Part shown: positions 39,085 to 49,115 of the stretch, piece after piece
Layout: each line of letters starts with the position of its first letter
Position numbering within the stretch: position 1 is the first letter of the stretch
Assembly: GCA_016861265.1 (NCBI GenBank)
Contig: BOLA01000001.1
Location: forward strand, 1,023,745 to 1,087,744
From: Patescibacteria group bacterium
Lineage (GTDB): Bacteria > Patescibacteriota > Dojkabacteria > J137
Length of the DNA stretch: 64,000 bases
Direction of reading: 5' to 3'
Notes under the pieces: generated by a model
Told to the model about the DNA's origin: nothing
The model's database searches: none
The model's input: the letters and a program-made list of their open reading frames with translations, nothing else
Made by a program: the position numbers and the translations under genes

Positions 39085-40128
39085 ATGTTCAGACCAAATT
39101 TCAACTACACAGATAAACTTGTTACCTCTTTAGTAAAACTCGAAAATCTAAAGGCACAATTGGCATCAATGGATTTTTCTTATCCAGTAAAGCATAAGCT
39201 TTCAATGAATGCCAAAACTCAAGACATATTTCATCTAGGTCATATTCTTGGCTTAGACATGACACTAAAGGATGCCGAAAAAATTGCTGGTGGCTTAAGA
39301 CTAGATGGTTTCAAGGATCAAAACGCATACATTTTGGGTAATTTCAGAAATGCTTTGGAATTCAATAGATCTAATATTGCCGATACATATTCAGAAATTG
39401 ACTTTACAGTTTTATTACATGTAAATAAATTAATTACTTCTTCCTGGAGAGAATCATGGGATTCAAGATTCCGAAACGAAAATGATGAATTCGTAGACAA
39501 AGATGAATGGTCAGGTTTAAGAGATATTTCAGTAACTGGTGACCAGGTTCAAAACTCTATGATTGAACTGGTTGAATGGTATAAATCTGCAGCACCATCA
39601 ATTACTCCAATTATAAGAATAGGAATTACTCTATTTAGAATTACGGAAGTAGCACCATATTACACGGCTAATATGCTTAGTGTAATTGGTTTAGCTGATT
39701 ATCTATTTGTAAAAAACGGATTTGCGGGTAAAATCTACTCATCTTTTGTTCGAAACTTTGATTTAAACAAAGCAGCATACAAGGAAGCCTTTGAAGTTTC
39801 AAAAAAAGCTAACGATATTACTTATTGGCTAGAAGTTCTTTCTGATAATTTAATAAAAGAGTTATCCGAAACACGGGAAGACATGAGTAAATTAAATGAA
39901 GATGATGAGAAGGCTAAGAATCAACCTTTCTTAGATCTAAACAAAAGGCAGTTAAAAGTATTAAGGTACCTACAAACTGTACCTATGATTAAAAGAGAAG
40001 ATTATTGTCATATGATGGAAGTTTCTACTATGACTGCATTCAGAGACCTAAATGATTTAGTAAGGAAAAAGCTTATTAAAGTCGAAGGCAAAGGAAGAGG
40101 GACTAAATATAGATTATCAAGCATGTAA
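39085..40128 (+). CDS. Fic-family-like protein with a degenerate active site and C-terminal winged HTH
   Basis: MFRPNFNYT N-terminus, LLHVNKLI, FRN and LNKRQ...TAFRDLNDLV...GKGRGTKY. The Fic loop position reads APYYTANML. Confidence 0.75.
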   Translation: MFRPNFNYTDKLVTSLVKLENLKAQLASMDFSYPVKHKLSMNAKTQDIFHLGHILGLDMTLKDAEKIAGGLRLDGFKDQNAYILGNFRNALEFNRSNIADTYSEIDFTVLLHVNKLITSSWRESWDSRFRNENDEFVDKDEWSGLRDISVTGDQVQNSMIELVEWYKSAAPSITPIIRIGITLFRITEVAPYYTANMLSVIGLADYLFVKNGFAGKIYSSFVRNFDLNKAAYKEAFEVSKKANDITYWLEVLSDNLIKELSETREDMSKLNEDDEKAKNQPFLDLNKRQLKVLRYLQTVPMIKREDYCHMMEVSTMTAFRDLNDLVRKKLIKVEGKGRGTKYRLSSM

Positions 40129-40142
40129 TTAACAATTAATTT

Positions 40143-41438
40143 ATGAAAAGACTAAAACAGATTTATATCTTTGTTTTTATTATAGTTTTAGGTTTATTGA
40201 TACTTCCTCAATTTAATCTAAAGATTGGTGAAAACGAATTTCAATACCCTAACATTGATTTTAGCTCTGTTAATTCAAGTGCTACTTTGGGTAACTTTAG
40301 TAGAGGCTATGACTTATACGATTCCAAAATGTATACAGCTACAGTGAATGTAGATTCAACTCTAACTATAGAAGAAAGAGAAAGGCAATTAAGAGATTTA
40401 GTAGAAGTTATCAGAAATAGAATTAATTATTCTAATTTACACGACATTTATGTAAATGGTGCAATTGAAAACGACACTTATAAATTAAATCTTTCATTCC
40501 CAGACTATATTCAGGAAAGTGATATTATTGCAAAATACTTGGTCGGTAAGGGAGAAATCTTCTTTGAGAATGATCCTCAGGTGTCCCAAACGGGTGTTGC
40601 ATTAAAAGATACAGACATTGTGGGACAAATTAAGAGCATCTACGATGAACAGTATGGAAATGTTTTATCGTTTAAGTTTGCTAATACTGCTTTAACAAAC
40701 TTTTACTTTGCACTGCAAAATACTAATAACTACTTTTTAATGCGAGTAGATTCTACTTACTTTGCAGTTATTCAAGACCCAAATTATACCAACACACAGA
40801 GCCTTGATCTTCAGACTTCTGCAATTGCAGTCCCGTTCGCCGAAGTAAAACTTAGTCCAAATGTAGCAATGTATACAAATATTGTTAGGTCTTACTTTTT
40901 AACTTCTCCTTTAGTAGTTGATGTAAATCTTGATCCAAACTTTAAAACCATTAAAAGAGACTTTGTAGCAGATAAAATCAGCTACATTGCTATATTTATT
41001 GTAGCGGCTGTTGCACTATTAATGTTAATGTACGCTTCTAAAAAAGGCATGACAAAAACAATTAAATTTGTCTTAATGTTAGGTAGTTACATGGTTCTAT
41101 TAACCTTCCTATTAAAGCTTTTATCAGCAACTTTATCGGTAAATTTATTATTAGGCTTTATTCTCGGTTTAATAATAGTTGTATATGCTATAGAAAAGTT
41201 ATTATCGACTGAAGAGGATCAACAAAGGACTTTCTTAAATGTAATAAATTATTATTGCATCTTTATTGCACTAGTAATATTTACAATATATAGATTCTTG
41301 CTTGCGGGAAATACAATGACAGATGCGTTTGGTACATTATTAGCATCGGTAATTTCCTTGCTGTTTCTTTCATATGTTAACTTTAAATTCATACTTGACT
41401 TAGAACCAAATTTTAAACCTTTTAGAAAAAGATTATGA
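40143..41438 (+). CDS. secD: Highly divergent SecD-like protein
   Basis: One TM helix, an extracellular domain (LSRGYDL-like SRGYDL, VEVIRNRIN, GEIFF), then about 5 TM helices. Paired with a SecF-like gene. Confidence 0.55.
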   Translation: MKRLKQIYIFVFIIVLGLLILPQFNLKIGENEFQYPNIDFSSVNSSATLGNFSRGYDLYDSKMYTATVNVDSTLTIEERERQLRDLVEVIRNRINYSNLHDIYVNGAIENDTYKLNLSFPDYIQESDIIAKYLVGKGEIFFENDPQVSQTGVALKDTDIVGQIKSIYDEQYGNVLSFKFANTALTNFYFALQNTNNYFLMRVDSTYFAVIQDPNYTNTQSLDLQTSAIAVPFAEVKLSPNVAMYTNIVRSYFLTSPLVVDVNLDPNFKTIKRDFVADKISYIAIFIVAAVALLMLMYASKKGMTKTIKFVLMLGSYMVLLTFLLKLLSATLSVNLLLGFILGLIIVVYAIEKLLSTEEDQQRTFLNVINYYCIFIALVIFTIYRFLLAGNTMTDAFGTLLASVISLLFLSYVNFKFILDLEPNFKPFRKRL

Positions 41439-42364
41439 ACAGACTTAAATTAGCATTACCTTACATTACAGTAATATTATTTGTAGCTTCGCTTGGTTTA
41501 TTTGTATTTAACCATGGATTTAAATACGATGACTACGAGAATTATATTAGGGTTCAGATTAATGGAACCGAAAATGTAGATTTATTTATAGAAAGACTTA
41601 GAGATACAAGTGGATTAATAGAATTAGATAAGGCAAATAACTTTGCCTACTATCAACAAGTAGATAAGACAGTTGTAGAAGAAAATCTCAATAATGTTAA
41701 AGAGGATTATCCTGAAATTGAGACTACTGTTGAAACTATTTATCCATCAGTTTCAAAAAAACAAAGAATCATTGATTTAGCTTTAACTACAACTTTGATT
41801 ATTGTATTGTTTGCGGCATTCAGTTATGTAACCAAAACACGTGCCTTTAACTGGAACCTAAAAGAATATGCTAAGTATTATGGTCTATATTTTGCAGATA
41901 ATATATTATCTTTAGGAATATTGGCTGGACTTGTTAGTTTATTATCATTGGTATATAAAATAAACGATTATGTACTATTCTCATTCTTTGTGTTGGTAAT
42001 TGTAAAAACATCAATTTATTGGTTTAAATTACTTCAAGAAGACATTAACCAAATGAAGACTCATTTTGTGGAAAATTTTGTTAATGACTCAAGAAAAATC
42101 TTTGTAGTCGCATTAATACTTTGCGTGTTATTGGCTGTAGGTATGGGAGTAAGAAGTGTTATTCCACTAGCCTTTATTTTAGTAGCTATTATTGTTAATT
42201 TCTTGACTAACTACTCGATATTAACGTTTCAAGTTCCTAAATTCAGAAGGGCCCTTGAGCATCAGGTGGAAAATAGAGAAAAGACTCAAACCAAACCAGA
42301 AAAAACAGAGAAAAAGTATGTTCCAAACCCTAAATTAAAGAAAAAGAATAAAAAGAAGAAATAA
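41435..42364 (+). CDS. secF: Highly divergent SecF-like protein
   Basis: TM helix, GFKYDD, ETIYPSVS (cf. ExVGPxxG), about 5 TM helices. ATGA-coupled to the SecD-like gene. Confidence 0.55.
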   Translation: MNRLKLALPYITVILFVASLGLFVFNHGFKYDDYENYIRVQINGTENVDLFIERLRDTSGLIELDKANNFAYYQQVDKTVVEENLNNVKEDYPEIETTVETIYPSVSKKQRIIDLALTTTLIIVLFAAFSYVTKTRAFNWNLKEYAKYYGLYFADNILSLGILAGLVSLLSLVYKINDYVLFSFFVLVIVKTSIYWFKLLQEDINQMKTHFVENFVNDSRKIFVVALILCVLLAVGMGVRSVIPLAFILVAIIVNFLTNYSILTFQVPKFRRALEHQVENREKTQTKPEKTEKKYVPNPKLKKKNKKKK

Positions 42365-42367
42365 ACT

Positions 42368-42391
42368 AAGCCCTCGAAAGAGGGTTTTTTT
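42368..42391 (+). terminator. Intrinsic terminator
   Basis: AAGCCCTC-GAAA-GAGGGTTTTTTT. Confidence 0.88.
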
Positions 42392-42421
42392 ATGCTAAAA
42401 TAAATCGTTTAAAAACCATAT

Positions 42422-43504
42422 ATGAACTTATCTTTAGGCATTGTAGGGCTACCGAATGTGGGAAAATCCACTCTTTTTAATGCATTAACAAAACAGAATG
42501 TATTAGCTGCGAATTATCCATTTGCTACTATTGATCCAAATGTTGGTATTGTACCAGTAAGTGATGAACGACTATATAAAATAGCTGAGATTGCAAAACC
42601 TGCAAAAATTACACCCGCGGTAGTAGAATTCGTAGACATTGCCGGCTTGGTTAAGGGTGCTGCAAGTGGTGAAGGTCTAGGAAATAAGTTTCTAAGTAAT
42701 ATTAAGGAAGTTTCTGCAATTGTACACCTAGTAAGAGTATTCAAGAATGCAAATATAACCCATGTGGAAAATAGTGTTGACCCAACGAGAGATATTGAGC
42801 TTATTAATACTGAACTAATATTAAAGGATGCAGACACCGTAGAAAATAGAATTAATACAATAAAAAGAAACGCAAGATTTGATAAAGATGCGGCTGAGCA
42901 ACTTGATCATTTAACAAGACTAGCGGCACATCTAAATGCAGGCTTTCTTGCAATTGACTTTAATGAACCAGTCTCTGATGTAGTTGCAACCGAAAGAAAA
43001 TCCTTATTTTTATTAACTGACAAACCTGTAATTTATCTAGCAAATTCAGACGATGCAACTTCTGCAGAGGCTATAGAAGCCGTAAAAAAGGTAGTAGGTA
43101 ATAAAACCGTATTGGCTCTAGATGTTAAAACCGAAAGCGAGCTTGCATCTATGGATGAGGATGAACGAAAAATGTTTATGGATGAACTTGGCATTGTTGA
43201 AACAGGAATTAACAGGTTAACCAAGGAAGCCTACGACTTATTAGGACTAATTTCGTTCTTTACTGAGGGACCTGAAGAAGTTAGGGCTTGGACAATTAGA
43301 AAAGGCTCAACTGCTCCCGAGGCTGCCTCAGCAATTCACACAGATTTTCAGAAAAGATTTATTGCTGCGGAAGTATGTCTTTATAGTGACTACTTAACAG
43401 CTGGAAGCTGGGTAAAAGCTAAAGAAAACGGGAAAGTAAGACTAGAGGGTAAGACTTACATCGTTAAGGATGGAGATATAATGATTATCAAGCACAACGC
43501 TTAA
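42422..43504 (+). CDS. ychF: Redox-regulated ATPase YchF
   Basis: GIVGLPNVGKSTLFNALT, NYPFATIDPN, DIAGLVKGAASGEGLGNKFL, TGS domain. Confidence 0.97.
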   Translation: MNLSLGIVGLPNVGKSTLFNALTKQNVLAANYPFATIDPNVGIVPVSDERLYKIAEIAKPAKITPAVVEFVDIAGLVKGAASGEGLGNKFLSNIKEVSAIVHLVRVFKNANITHVENSVDPTRDIELINTELILKDADTVENRINTIKRNARFDKDAAEQLDHLTRLAAHLNAGFLAIDFNEPVSDVVATERKSLFLLTDKPVIYLANSDDATSAEAIEAVKKVVGNKTVLALDVKTESELASMDEDERKMFMDELGIVETGINRLTKEAYDLLGLISFFTEGPEEVRAWTIRKGSTAPEAASAIHTDFQKRFIAAEVCLYSDYLTAGSWVKAKENGKVRLEGKTYIVKDGDIMIIKHNA

Positions 43505-43743
43505 CTCTTCCTTTTTAAAAGATACATTAAGCAATCTTTTAGGCTGAATAGTCCCCATACTGCATTTACAATTATAAATGGCAGAGAATTTGTATATATT
43601 GCATAAATAAGTAAAAAAACACTTCCTAGAAAGTTTGCGAAGTCATAAATAAACGAATTGTTCTTTAGTTTATTTAATTGATTTAACAAAAAAGCCACCA
43701 GAACTAAGGCCGAACCGGCAATTCCAACTATAGTTAAGTCCAT
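43501..43743 (-). CDS. Small 3-TM membrane protein (CBU_0592-like)
   Basis: G..G...L.AF...Y...N.LGS..L..YA......F...N.VW pattern. Confidence 0.7.
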   Translation of the reverse strand: MDLTIVGIAGSALVLVAFLLNQLNKLKNNSFIYDFANFLGSVFLLIYAIYTNSLPFIIVNAVWGLFSLKDCLMYLLKRKS

Positions 43744-43808
43744 ATTTAATTGAATAGATAAGTAAAGGTGTATACAATATAAGTATAAAATAAATTTATA
43801 CTTTTACA

Positions 43809-44612
43809 ATGGAATCAATAATTATAGATAATGTAAAAATTACTCATCCAAATAAGGTATTGTTTCCTGAGTCAGGTATTACTAAGCTTGACCTGATAAA
43901 TTATTATAAAAGTGTATCAGATAAATTTATAAAGGAAGTAATGAATAGGCCAATAAGCATGGTAAGAAGTCCTAATGGAATTAAAGGTCCCAAATTCTAC
44001 CAGAAACACCCTACCGAATCCTTTCCCGAATACGTAGAAAGAGTCAAGATAAAAGAAAAAGATGAATACGATGCTTATATAACTATAGATCAATTGAACG
44101 ATATTTTATATTTAGTAAATATTGGTGTATTAGAATTTCACATCTGGGGTAGCAAAATTCAAGATATTGAAACCCCAGACAGAATTATCTTTGACTTAGA
44201 TCCATCAAATCAAGACGACTCAAAATTAAGGGAGCTAGCATTACTCATAAAAAAAATACTTGAAGATAATGGCTATAAGCCGCTCCTAAAGACTTCCGGT
44301 TCTAAAGGCTTTCATGTTTACGCCGATGTTAGCGAAAGAAGATTCTCCTGGGACGATATTAAACTTATTTCTAAGACAATTGCAGAATCTATTGTAAGAA
44401 TAAATCCCAAGGAATATACAATTGAATTTAGAAAGGAAAAGAGACAAGAAAAAATATTTATTGATTATTTAAGAAATGAACGAGGGTCGACTATGGTCGC
44501 ACCCTACTCCATTAGAATTAAGGAACACGCTCCCATTTCAATGCCTATAAGCTGGAGTGAACTAAAAAATATAAGTCCACAAAGCTATAACATAAATAAC
44601 TATAAAAAATAG
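43809..44612 (+). CDS. Stand-alone LigD-type primase-polymerase domain
   Basis: ITHPNKVLFP, TKLDLINYY, FYQKH, FDLDP, KTSGSKGFH, IDYLRN, APYSIR. Confidence 0.9.
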   Translation: MESIIIDNVKITHPNKVLFPESGITKLDLINYYKSVSDKFIKEVMNRPISMVRSPNGIKGPKFYQKHPTESFPEYVERVKIKEKDEYDAYITIDQLNDILYLVNIGVLEFHIWGSKIQDIETPDRIIFDLDPSNQDDSKLRELALLIKKILEDNGYKPLLKTSGSKGFHVYADVSERRFSWDDIKLISKTIAESIVRINPKEYTIEFRKEKRQEKIFIDYLRNERGSTMVAPYSIRIKEHAPISMPISWSELKNISPQSYNINNYKK

Positions 44613-44774
44613 ATGTTTAAACCCTCTTAAAAAGTGACTTAAACTATTATAGAATGTCTTAAATTAAGAAAATAAAATGCCAGAAGTATCTATATTACGT
44701 GTAAAAGTTAACTATACCGATCTACAGACATTCGCACTCCTATTTCTTGAATTAACACACTTTCACCGTTTCTG

Positions 44775-45713
44775 TTGATTTGTGCAGTATATTTTATAAG
44801 AGAAGTTATATTCTGGTTTATTTCCATGGTTAATGGAAATAAGTACTGGAAGTTCATTTATCTATTGAATAACTATGTATTTAGAAAAAGGTATTGGGGT
44901 TTAGTAATTAATGATAAGACCTTCAAACCCGTTAGTTATGCAAAAGTGAAGCTAATAAGGTTTGAAAAGAATAAAGAATCTGTAAGTAAAAAAGTTCTTG
45001 CATCCACTCTATCCGATTTTAACGGTAGATATAATTTTAACTACAAAGGACCATATAAAAATCTATTCTTGGAAGTGCATGGTATTGGTTATAAAGATTT
45101 CTATAAAGAAATTGATACTCTGGAACACTTGTCCAAAAATTCGGAAATGGTTTATGACATATATTTAACTCCTGGCAAGAAGGCATTAACGTTACAAATG
45201 CCTATAATAATCATCAATAAAATTACGAATTTATTAATTTTTACAGCAGCAGCAATTGGTCTAGTAGTGAGCATTTATTCACAATTAACCTACGGATTAT
45301 TTACTGACTTTGTTCTTTCCGCTATATATATTTTTATTCTTTACTACTCATTAAGTCATTTGTTTAGAAGATACACATTAAAAAAATTAGAAGTAATAGA
45401 ATCTTTATTAATGCAAAAAATTCCCGGTGCTGTAGTAAGACTGTATGATAGAAAACATCAACTGCATTTAGCTGTTACCAACTCAAAAGGCTACGTATTG
45501 CTGGATTGGATTCCTGGTGAACATCAAATTTTAGTTACAAAGAAAGGTTATGAACTAATAGATGATAATACAGGAGTTACGAATAGTAAGGCTTATTTAA
45601 CAAATAATAAACATATAAAACTAAAGAAAAGATTTAAGTCCTCGCAGAGTCTTACAACCACACCTAAAGATATTAAAATTAGAACATCTCTTCAAAACCC
45701 CTTTGCTAAGTAG
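44775..45713 (+). CDS. Membrane protein with two carboxypeptidase-regulatory-like (transthyretin-like) domains
   Basis: GLVINDKTFKPVSYAKVKL...SDFNGRY and IPGAVVRLY...TNSKGY...KKGY either side of two TM helices. Confidence 0.6.
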   Translation: MICAVYFIREVIFWFISMVNGNKYWKFIYLLNNYVFRKRYWGLVINDKTFKPVSYAKVKLIRFEKNKESVSKKVLASTLSDFNGRYNFNYKGPYKNLFLEVHGIGYKDFYKEIDTLEHLSKNSEMVYDIYLTPGKKALTLQMPIIIINKITNLLIFTAAAIGLVVSIYSQLTYGLFTDFVLSAIYIFILYYSLSHLFRRYTLKKLEVIESLLMQKIPGAVVRLYDRKHQLHLAVTNSKGYVLLDWIPGEHQILVTKKGYELIDDNTGVTNSKAYLTNNKHIKLKKRFKSSQSLTTTPKDIKIRTSLQNPFAK

Positions 45714-45781
45714 AATTAGTAACAATATTTACTATAATAGGTATACAAGTATTATAATAAAGTAATTGTTAATATAATATT

Positions 45782-47014
45782 TTGTTCGAACCCATACCCT
45801 CAAAATTTAGACCGGAGACTCTAGATGAATTTATTGGACAACAGCATTTGGTGGGGAAAGGCATGCCTATTCGTAATTTTATTGAATCAGGTAATATTCC
45901 ATCAATGATATTTTGGGGACCTCCTGGAACAGGTAAGACTACGCTTGCAAATATTATTTCTAAAAGTGTTAATGCGAATATCCATAAATTATCCGCGGTC
46001 ATGGCAGGAAAAACTCAGTTAATGGAAATTGTTGATCAGGCTATTCACGAAAATAAAGATAATAAACTATTTGAACCTAAAAAAACAATTTTATTCCTAG
46101 ATGAAATTCACAGATGGAATAAATCTCAACAAGACTCGCTATTGCCTTATGTGGAAAAAGGAATAATTATATTGATTGGAGCAACAACAGAAAATCCATC
46201 ATTCTCATTAAATCCTGCTTTACTATCAAGAGCCAGAGTATTTACATTTAAAAAACATACATCAGAAGATGTAAAAAAATATCTGCTTTATTTAATAGAG
46301 AAGGTAAAACTAGAAACACCAACCCTGGATTACGATCCCGATGTTATTGAACTAATTGCAAAGTCTTCTGATGGAGACTTAAGAACATCGGGCAATATTT
46401 TAGAAACTGCAATTTATTTATCTAATGGCAATAAGATAAATAAAGACACCTTAAAGAATGCATTGGAAAACTTTCTTCAATACGAAAAAACCGGTGAGGA
46501 TCACTACAATATAATATCTGCAGTTCATAAATCACTGCGAGACTCCGATGCCACCGCTGCAGTTTACTGGGTAGTGCGAATGTTGCAGGCTGGAGACGAT
46601 CCTCTTTATATCTGCAGAAGGTTACTAAGGTTTGCTTCCGAGGATATAGGTAACGCTATGCCAAATGCGGTAGTGCTTGCCAACTCTGTGTTTGAATCAT
46701 GTCAAAAACTGGGTCGACCTGAGTGTGATATTTTTATTGTACAGCTAGTAGAATATTTAGCTAAGGCGCCCAAAAGTAATGCGGCTTATCTAGCATTGGC
46801 ACAAGCTCAATCCGATGTTTCGGAATTTGGTTCATTGCCGGTACCATTAAATATTCGCAATGGTGTTACAAAGTTAATGAAGGATTTAGGTTACGGCAAG
46901 GGGTATAAATACGCTCATGACTTTAAAAATGCCAAAGTGAACCAACAGCACCTACCCGATGAACTTAAAAATAGAAATTACTTTAAGCAGGAAATAAAAA
47001 AGGAAGACAATTAA
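45782..47014 (+). CDS. rarA: Replication-associated recombination protein RarA/MgsA
   Basis: RPETLDEFIGQ, GPPGTGKT, DEIHR, GATTENP, ASEDIG, GYKYAH. Confidence 0.95.
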   Translation: MFEPIPSKFRPETLDEFIGQQHLVGKGMPIRNFIESGNIPSMIFWGPPGTGKTTLANIISKSVNANIHKLSAVMAGKTQLMEIVDQAIHENKDNKLFEPKKTILFLDEIHRWNKSQQDSLLPYVEKGIIILIGATTENPSFSLNPALLSRARVFTFKKHTSEDVKKYLLYLIEKVKLETPTLDYDPDVIELIAKSSDGDLRTSGNILETAIYLSNGNKINKDTLKNALENFLQYEKTGEDHYNIISAVHKSLRDSDATAAVYWVVRMLQAGDDPLYICRRLLRFASEDIGNAMPNAVVLANSVFESCQKLGRPECDIFIVQLVEYLAKAPKSNAAYLALAQAQSDVSEFGSLPVPLNIRNGVTKLMKDLGYGKGYKYAHDFKNAKVNQQHLPDELKNRNYFKQEIKKEDN

Positions 47015-47364
47015 AATCTTAAAGTCTTAATTTGCTCTACTATTTCTATGGAGTAACTAGTGCCGCACTCTGTAATAAAACCATCTACATAACTGTTATG
47101 CACATTTGTATAAGCTTCCCTGACTTTTGCTTCAGGTATCGTGCTTCTAAAATAACTCTGAAATAGTTCTGGATTATCAGCATGCTTCTTCAACTCTTCA
47201 ATTACCTGTTTATCAGCAATTTTAAGAATATCGTTAAAAGACTTTAAACAAATATATCTCAGTGCATCTTTTACAAATTTTTCATCCTGATTTGTTAATT
47301 CCGCTAATCTAAGTAAATACTCTCTACTTTTCTCAGTGAATTCGTAGTTTCCTATATTATTCAT
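47011..47364 (-). CDS. Hypothetical protein
   Basis: ATG at 47364 sits directly after the stop of the upstream small ORF. Confidence 0.65.
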   Translation of the reverse strand: MNNIGNYEFTEKSREYLLRLAELTNQDEKFVKDALRYICLKSFNDILKIADKQVIEELKKHADNPELFQSYFRSTIPEAKVREAYTNVHNSYVDGFITECGTSYSIEIVEQIKTLRF

Positions 47365-47365
47365 A

Positions 47366-47530
47366 TTAAAATAGAATACCTGCTCCAATTACGCTAAAGA
47401 AAATACTGCCAACTACAGATGCAGATATATTACCAATTTCACTTGCAGCATCGGGTAAAGTGTTGATTAATCCTGCATTGTATTCAGATCCAGATTTAAC
47501 ATTTTTAGTCTCGAGGTTTTCAGTTGACAT
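47366..47530 (-). CDS. Small protein (54 aa) with a C-terminal hydrophobic helix
   Basis: MSTENLETKNVKSGSEYNAGLINTLPDAASEIGNISASVVGSIFFSVIGAGILF*. Stop is 1 nt before the next ATG. Confidence 0.65.
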   Translation of the reverse strand: MSTENLETKNVKSGSEYNAGLINTLPDAASEIGNISASVVGSIFFSVIGAGILF

Positions 47531-47596
47531 AGTAAGTTGATAATATATTTAAGACATTTTAAAATTATGTTATGAAAATTACAATAAAACCACTTC

Positions 47597-48361
47597 ATGA
47601 ATGAATTCCAATCCAAACAAATAATTGTCAATAATCATTTAGTTAATTACTATAGTTCAATTGTCCCTAATTCAGACTACAATATAATCTTTATACACGG
47701 ATGGCTTTCAAACTCAAAAGTCTGGTTTCATTTAATGCATGCACTAAATAAAATAGGATTAACCTCTTATGCTTTAGACTTACCCGGATTTGGTGATTCA
47801 CAAATTCCCAATATTTCTGTAGATAATAATTTTTACGCAAGAACTGTTGAAGAATTTATTAATAAGTTAAATTTAAGGAATGTAATTTTAGTTGGGCACT
47901 CAAATGGAGGAGCTATTGCTGTTAAGCTTCAAGTACAAAGCAATGTTTGTAAAAAGATAGCATTAATTGATTCTGCTGGTATAAGAAGACGTACTTTTTC
48001 GAAGATAGCTAAAAATACTCTAGCTAAGGTGCTAAAGCCCGTATTTAAATTACCCTTACTAAAAAATCTAAGGAAAAAGATTTACACCGAAATGGGTGCG
48101 GAAGATTATATAAATTCTGAATATCTGCAAAAGACTTACAATAATGTTATAAGTGAAGATATTAGCGGACTTTATAAATATATCGAAATACCTACTCTAA
48201 TAATTTGGGGTAATCAAGATAAAGCAACTCCTGTAAGCTATGCACATTTTATTAACGAAAATATTAAAAATTCCGAATTAAAGCTAATAGATGCAGGCCA
48301 CTTTCCTTTTGTAGATAAACCGGATTTGGTAATAAATTATTTAATAAATTTTATAAAATGA
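47597..48361 (+). CDS. Alpha/beta hydrolase
   Basis: HGW, DLPGFG, GHSNGG, AGH. Confidence 0.9.
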   Translation: MNEFQSKQIIVNNHLVNYYSSIVPNSDYNIIFIHGWLSNSKVWFHLMHALNKIGLTSYALDLPGFGDSQIPNISVDNNFYARTVEEFINKLNLRNVILVGHSNGGAIAVKLQVQSNVCKKIALIDSAGIRRRTFSKIAKNTLAKVLKPVFKLPLLKNLRKKIYTEMGAEDYINSEYLQKTYNNVISEDISGLYKYIEIPTLIIWGNQDKATPVSYAHFINENIKNSELKLIDAGHFPFVDKPDLVINYLINFIK

Positions 48362-49107
48362 ATATATTCGAAGACAGCATTAATTTATTAAAGGGAGCTG
48401 CCTTTAGTAATATTCAGGTGGAAGATTCCTTTATTTTTCTTGAAAGCCCCGCGATCTTTAGTGAGTACATTGTACCTCTAACTTTTCTAGATAAATTTGA
48501 CACTGCCTATGCAGATGATATTTTTAACATTGAGCTAGAGAAGGAAAAGAATATTTCATACTATATTAGACAAACTCTTGTAGACGATTATTATGAATAC
48601 CTTAAAGGCTTAAAATTAAGTCAGGATTACATTGATTCCTATATGGTCTTAACTCCAGTGGACCTCCTTGATTTTGATGATAAGAACACCTCATTAATTG
48701 AAGTTACTGAGGAAAATTTTGATGCGTTTAAAGCGACTGCTCTTGAAATATTTGCTAGTTGGAGCAACGAGGAAGACTATGTAGACTACTTTAGTAATTT
48801 AAGTAAAACGAATACAGAAACCAGAATGTTTAAGGATTATATATTGGAATATAACGGTGCGATTGTAAGTATTGCTTCTGTAATCTTAGATAAAGATCTT
48901 AATATAGCTTATATACATAACGCGGGTACTGTAGAAGAATTCAGGCGTAACGGATACTTTAATATAATAAACAGCTTTATAATTAATAAATCATTGCAGC
49001 AAGGTGTCTCAAGAATATACTCTATTACAGAAAAGGATGGGGAATCTTATAATGCATATAAGAATTTGGGCTTTAAAGAACAGGATTCATATTACTCCTT
49101 TAGTTAA
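48358..49107 (+). CDS. GNAT-family N-acetyltransferase
   Basis: IHNAGTVEEFRRNGY...YKNLGF. Confidence 0.8.
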   Translation: MNIFEDSINLLKGAAFSNIQVEDSFIFLESPAIFSEYIVPLTFLDKFDTAYADDIFNIELEKEKNISYYIRQTLVDDYYEYLKGLKLSQDYIDSYMVLTPVDLLDFDDKNTSLIEVTEENFDAFKATALEIFASWSNEEDYVDYFSNLSKTNTETRMFKDYILEYNGAIVSIASVILDKDLNIAYIHNAGTVEEFRRNGYFNIINSFIINKSLQQGVSRIYSITEKDGESYNAYKNLGFKEQDSYYSFS

Positions 49108-49115
49108 ATTAAATT

